Positions 47,304 to 49,629 of a stretch of 49,629 nucleotides of DNA are shown in pieces (positions within the stretch are counted from its first letter, which is position 1; every line of letters begins with the position of its first letter). Below the pieces are notes generated by a model. The model did no database searches. It saw only the letters and a program-made list of their open reading frames with translations, and was not told the origin of the DNA. The DNA comes from a virus. Its lineage: Duplodnaviria; Caudoviricetes. The stretch covers positions 1 to 49,629 of the IMG/VR virus record IMGVR_UViG_3300032330_000294; one strand, 5' to 3'. Made by a program: the position numbers and the translations under genes.

Positions 47304-47512
47304 ACATCACCACCGGGCATACGCATACTACTATTGAACTTGATAAAATCATGTCGCAACTCTAGATCTAGCGTGTTAGCAATCTCATGTATACGGTTCT
47401 CTAAGACTGATATTGCAGTGTGTATGTGACCGGTATCAGACGGTTGTAACAGTGTACGCAAGTGAGCAACTTCACGCTCTAAGGCTTGCATATGAGTTAC
47501 ATCATCCCACAT
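47300..47512 (-). CDS. Hypothetical protein (70 aa)
   Basis: GGGAGGG RBS; DTGHIHTAISVLENRI motif. Confidence 0.65.
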   Translation of the reverse strand: MWDDVTHMQALEREVAHLRTLLQPSDTGHIHTAISVLENRIHEIANTLDLELRHDFIKFNSSMRMPGGDV

Positions 47513-47906
47513 CCTTGCCCTCCCAGGCTAGCTTTAACATAAGCTGATAGTGATCCCACGCTTTACGCACACCCTTATTATTGCGCTTTAGGTAATGTTC
47601 ACGCCGTAGACTATCACTGATGTCCACTTCTCTATACGAAGAATTCATAAACTCTCGTAATAATTCATTATAGCGAACATCATTCTCTACGATGACATCT
47701 AGAGCACTATGCGGTATCTCTATAGTGACTAAAGGTTCTGTATGACTCTGAATATACGGATCCATGGCAGAGCTATCCATGCAATAGTCCCGCATATGAG
47801 TAGGCAAGTATGTACGCCTGCGGCGGGTGGGATTGTCAACAAACTGCGCACCGTAGCTCTTTAGGAAGTTATGTGTTTCTTTATCAAGGTGTTCTTTATC
47901 GCTCAT
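47502..47906 (-). CDS. Hypothetical protein (134 aa)
   Basis: C-terminal E..L...N.GVRKAWDHYQLMLKL; start MSDK 7 nt after the -10 box. Confidence 0.65.
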   Translation of the reverse strand: MSDKEHLDKETHNFLKSYGAQFVDNPTRRRRTYLPTHMRDYCMDSSAMDPYIQSHTEPLVTIEIPHSALDVIVENDVRYNELLREFMNSSYREVDISDSLRREHYLKRNNKGVRKAWDHYQLMLKLAWEGKDVG

Positions 47907-47912
47907 GATCAT

Positions 47913-47941
47913 AGTATAACATTAGACGCCTAGTAGAGCAA
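47913..47941 (-). promoter_or_regulatory. sigma70-type promoter
   Basis: TTGCTC-N17-TATACT on minus. Confidence 0.6.
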
Positions 47942-48177
47942 GAATAAAAAAATAGTGCGCAAAAATTTCAAGGGGAGTACTTACAGATTTTCCAAGAAAG
48001 TTTTAGGGGGTCTAGTAGGACACAGTATAAAAAATTGCCGCGCAAAAAATTGCGGTGGAGTACTTTTGCTTTTGGGGTGGTGATTCTACAACCCCACTTG
48101 ATGAAATCGTTGCGTTGCTCAAAAAGTGTTGCATTAATACAACACTATACCTCCCCACCCCATGCCATGCCTGACCT
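47942..48177. repeat. Non-coding island with direct repeats and palindromes
   Basis: Two copies of GCGCAAAAA(A)TT..GGAGTACTT (47957-47982, 48040-48065); hairpin 48073-48096; palindrome AGTGTTG-CATTAATA-CAACACT 48125-48146. Confidence 0.6.
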
Positions 48178-48474
48178 TCATGGTAGCCTCCCCACCAACT
48201 GCCCCAGGCCGACGACTAGGTAGTAGAAGAACATCAAACCTATCACACCGCCTATGATATACAGTGTGATAGGAATGATAAACCTCAGCACGACCAAACC
48301 AAAGATGATCATGAGGGCGAACACTAGATAGCTAACACCAGCAGCTGGATCTCCCAGTACGCTTACGAGCACAGTGCCGCCGCATACGATCAACACTGCA
48401 TATCCGAATAGGGGATACTCCTGTGCTAGGATGTATGCCCCTACTCCTACGACTGCTGGTATGATAAACCACAT
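48178..48474 (-). CDS. Small multi-pass membrane protein (98 aa)
   Basis: Almost entirely hydrophobic, about 3-4 TM segments; GAGGA RBS. Confidence 0.6.
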   Translation of the reverse strand: MWFIIPAVVGVGAYILAQEYPLFGYAVLIVCGGTVLVSVLGDPAAGVSYLVFALMIIFGLVVLRFIIPITLYIIGGVIGLMFFYYLVVGLGQLVGRLP

Positions 48475-48477
48475 AGC

Positions 48478-48612
48478 CTATCGTTCCTCTACGCTGTCTA
48501 TAAGCCTAGGGTCATAGCCTGCTTGATCAAACAGTAGGCAGGCTGCCCTAAAGTCATATGCGATACAGTTAAACGCACCGCCGTCTTCCATGTTGAACTT
48601 GAAGCGCTTCAT
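48478..48612 (-). CDS. 44-aa hypothetical protein, absent from the ORF track
   Basis: MKRFKFNMEDGGAFNCIAYDFRAACLLFDQAGYDPRLIDSVEER; GGGAGAG RBS; fills the gap between neighbours. Confidence 0.6.
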   Translation of the reverse strand: MKRFKFNMEDGGAFNCIAYDFRAACLLFDQAGYDPRLIDSVEER

Positions 48613-48615
48613 GCC

Positions 48616-48867
48616 TTACTCTCCCTTAGTGTTAGAGTTAACATAAGCAGCAATCACCTTGCGCTGCTCCTCAGTGAACTGTTCCTGCGCTAGCGCGAAC
48701 TTAGCCGCATCAAGCTTGAACATCGCCGCGCACTCTACCAGCGCAATGTTAGAGTGACCGTTGCGGGCCAGTACGCGGATGCGCTTGCTAAGACCATTTG
48801 CAAAGCGGATCTTGCAAACGCCATTGAGGACGGAAGTACCAACGACAGTGAAAGTGTTGTTATGCAT
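48616..48867 (-). CDS. Early hypothetical protein (83 aa)
   Basis: FTVVGTS..NG..KIRFAN...RIRVL..NGH..I.LVE; AGGAGC RBS and its own promoter. Confidence 0.7.
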   Translation of the reverse strand: MHNNTFTVVGTSVLNGVCKIRFANGLSKRIRVLARNGHSNIALVECAAMFKLDAAKFALAQEQFTEEQRKVIAAYVNSNTKGE

Positions 48868-48936
48868 CTTGTGCTCCTGTTGCTGTTAGCTAGTGTCTAC
48901 TTATATACAATAGCATCTTGCTATCTGCTGTCAACC
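48868..48936 (-). promoter_or_regulatory. Early promoter/RBS cassette, copy 1
   Basis: GGTTGACA-N16-TATTGT (preceded by ATGC), then ATATAAGTAG...AGGAGCAC. Confidence 0.8.
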
Positions 48937-48948
48937 TTGCTGCGCTTG

Positions 48949-49113
48949 TTACACTTCATCGATGTAGAAGAAGTCGTAGTCTACCATCGCATCATCGCTC
49001 ATCGTATATGCTACGATAGCCTGCTCAGCATCCTCATAGGTAAAGGCATAAGCGATAACATCTGCGACAGACCTATCATCGTGCATCGCGCCTAGTACAG
49101 TGAACTTAGCCAT
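48949..49113 (-). CDS. 54-aa acidic early protein, absent from the ORF track
   Basis: MAKFTVLGAMHDDRSVADVIAYAFTYEDAEQAIVAYTMSDDAMVDYDFFYIDEV; GAGGAG RBS. Confidence 0.7.
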   Translation of the reverse strand: MAKFTVLGAMHDDRSVADVIAYAFTYEDAEQAIVAYTMSDDAMVDYDFFYIDEV

Positions 49114-49170
49114 CTGCTGCTCCTCATTGCCTACTTATATACAATAGCATGTCTGTAGAGCACGTCAACC
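49114..49170 (-). promoter_or_regulatory. Early promoter/RBS cassette, copy 2
   Basis: GGTTGACG-N16-TATTGT ATATAAGTAGGCAATGAGGAGCA. Confidence 0.8.
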
Positions 49171-49383
49171 TGTGTAAGCGCGAACATCTGTTTCAGCAAA
49201 GTATCTAATATCTGCTGCGGTAGTGTAGGGGTCTGTGTTCCTGCGGATCAGTTCATCGATCATACCGTCGATCATCTCCTGCGCCTCATACACGTCCTGC
49301 TCTGTAGCATCTGCGTGGTCGCGGTTTGCGCGGAGGTGCTTAATCGCTTTGCGGATGCCTGTGTCTGTCATTGCGTTATACAT
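49165..49383 (-). CDS. Early hypothetical protein (72 aa)
   Basis: GAGGAG RBS; its TGA lies inside the next TTGACG box. Confidence 0.7.
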   Translation of the reverse strand: MYNAMTDTGIRKAIKHLRANRDHADATEQDVYEAQEMIDGMIDELIRRNTDPYTTAADIRYFAETDVRAYTG

Positions 49384-49440
49384 CGTGTGCTCCTCATTGC
49401 CTATACATGTATAATAGCATCTGCCCTTAGCACGTCAACC
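49384..49440 (-). promoter_or_regulatory. Early promoter/RBS cassette, copy 3
   Basis: GGTTGACG-N16-TATTAT ACATGTATAGGCAATGAGGAGCAC. Confidence 0.8.
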
Positions 49441-49622
49441 TAGGCATAGCGCCTCGTCCTCATACCGTAGTTCGCCTTGCCCGCATGTTTCGTCTTGGGA
49501 AGCTTTGTGCCCTTAGCAGTCGCAACGTCTTCTGCCCGTGTAACACCTTTTGTAGCAATGTAGTTCTCAATCATTGCCTCAATGTCAGCGTTCAGTTTCT
49601 TAGCGTTCGTTACGATGCCCAT
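49440..49622 (-). CDS. Early basic hypothetical protein (60 aa)
   Basis: ORF in the same orientation as the cassette array; upstream signals lie outside the window. Confidence 0.55.
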   Translation of the reverse strand: MGIVTNAKKLNADIEAMIENYIATKGVTRAEDVATAKGTKLPKTKHAGKANYGMRTRRYA

Positions 49623-49629
49623 GTTCTGC

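Noticed and set aside
48035-49095. Plus-strand ORFs 48035..48223 and 48754..49095
   Set aside because: No RBS; they overlap better-supported minus-strand genes or the repeat island.
48868-49440. Repeats as a CRISPR mini-array
   Set aside because: The repeats are degenerate promoter/RBS units, and the intervening 170-210-nt segments are ORFs rather than 30-40-nt spacers.
1-49629. tRNA or rRNA genes
   Set aside because: No cloverleaf with a T-loop GTTCRA in any intergenic gap; the gaps are short and explained by promoters or terminators.

Overview
A 49.6-kb piece of a large, AT-rich, T4-superfamily (myovirus-type) phage genome. The host is probably an alphaproteobacterium (inferred from a DUF1127 gene and TTGAC-N16-GCTAT promoters). 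Layout: (1) 1-14.1 kb, giant Thr/Gly/Ser-rich tail-fibre/adhesin genes; (2) 14.1-32.6 kb, neck/tail/packaging genes (Nudix, gp15-, gp14-, gp13-like, dNMP kinase, sheath, tube, gp48/54-like, gp4-like, small and large terminase, putative internal head proteins) behind T4-type late promoters (TAAATA); (3) 32.6-45.9 kb, replication/recombination genes (gp32, UvsX, UvsY, UvsW, gp62-like, primase, gp41 helicase) plus a 191-aa miniature DnaE/C-family polymerase core and a NodU-family carbamoyltransferase; (4) 45.9-49.6 kb, small accessory genes, a structured non-coding island and a GC-richer array of single-gene early-promoter cassettes. Main observations: the gp15-like gene has no start codon in front of its conserved N-terminus, only an in-frame ATG separated by a 24-nt stop-containing hairpin bounded by matching TCG codons (candidate translational bypass or RNA excision); the mini-DnaE; one ~88-aa module inserted in both the tail sheath and a tail fibre; systematic leaderless promoter geometry. 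No tRNA, rRNA, CRISPR array, integrase, portal or major capsid gene was recognised. All family calls come from motif recognition by eye, not database searches.
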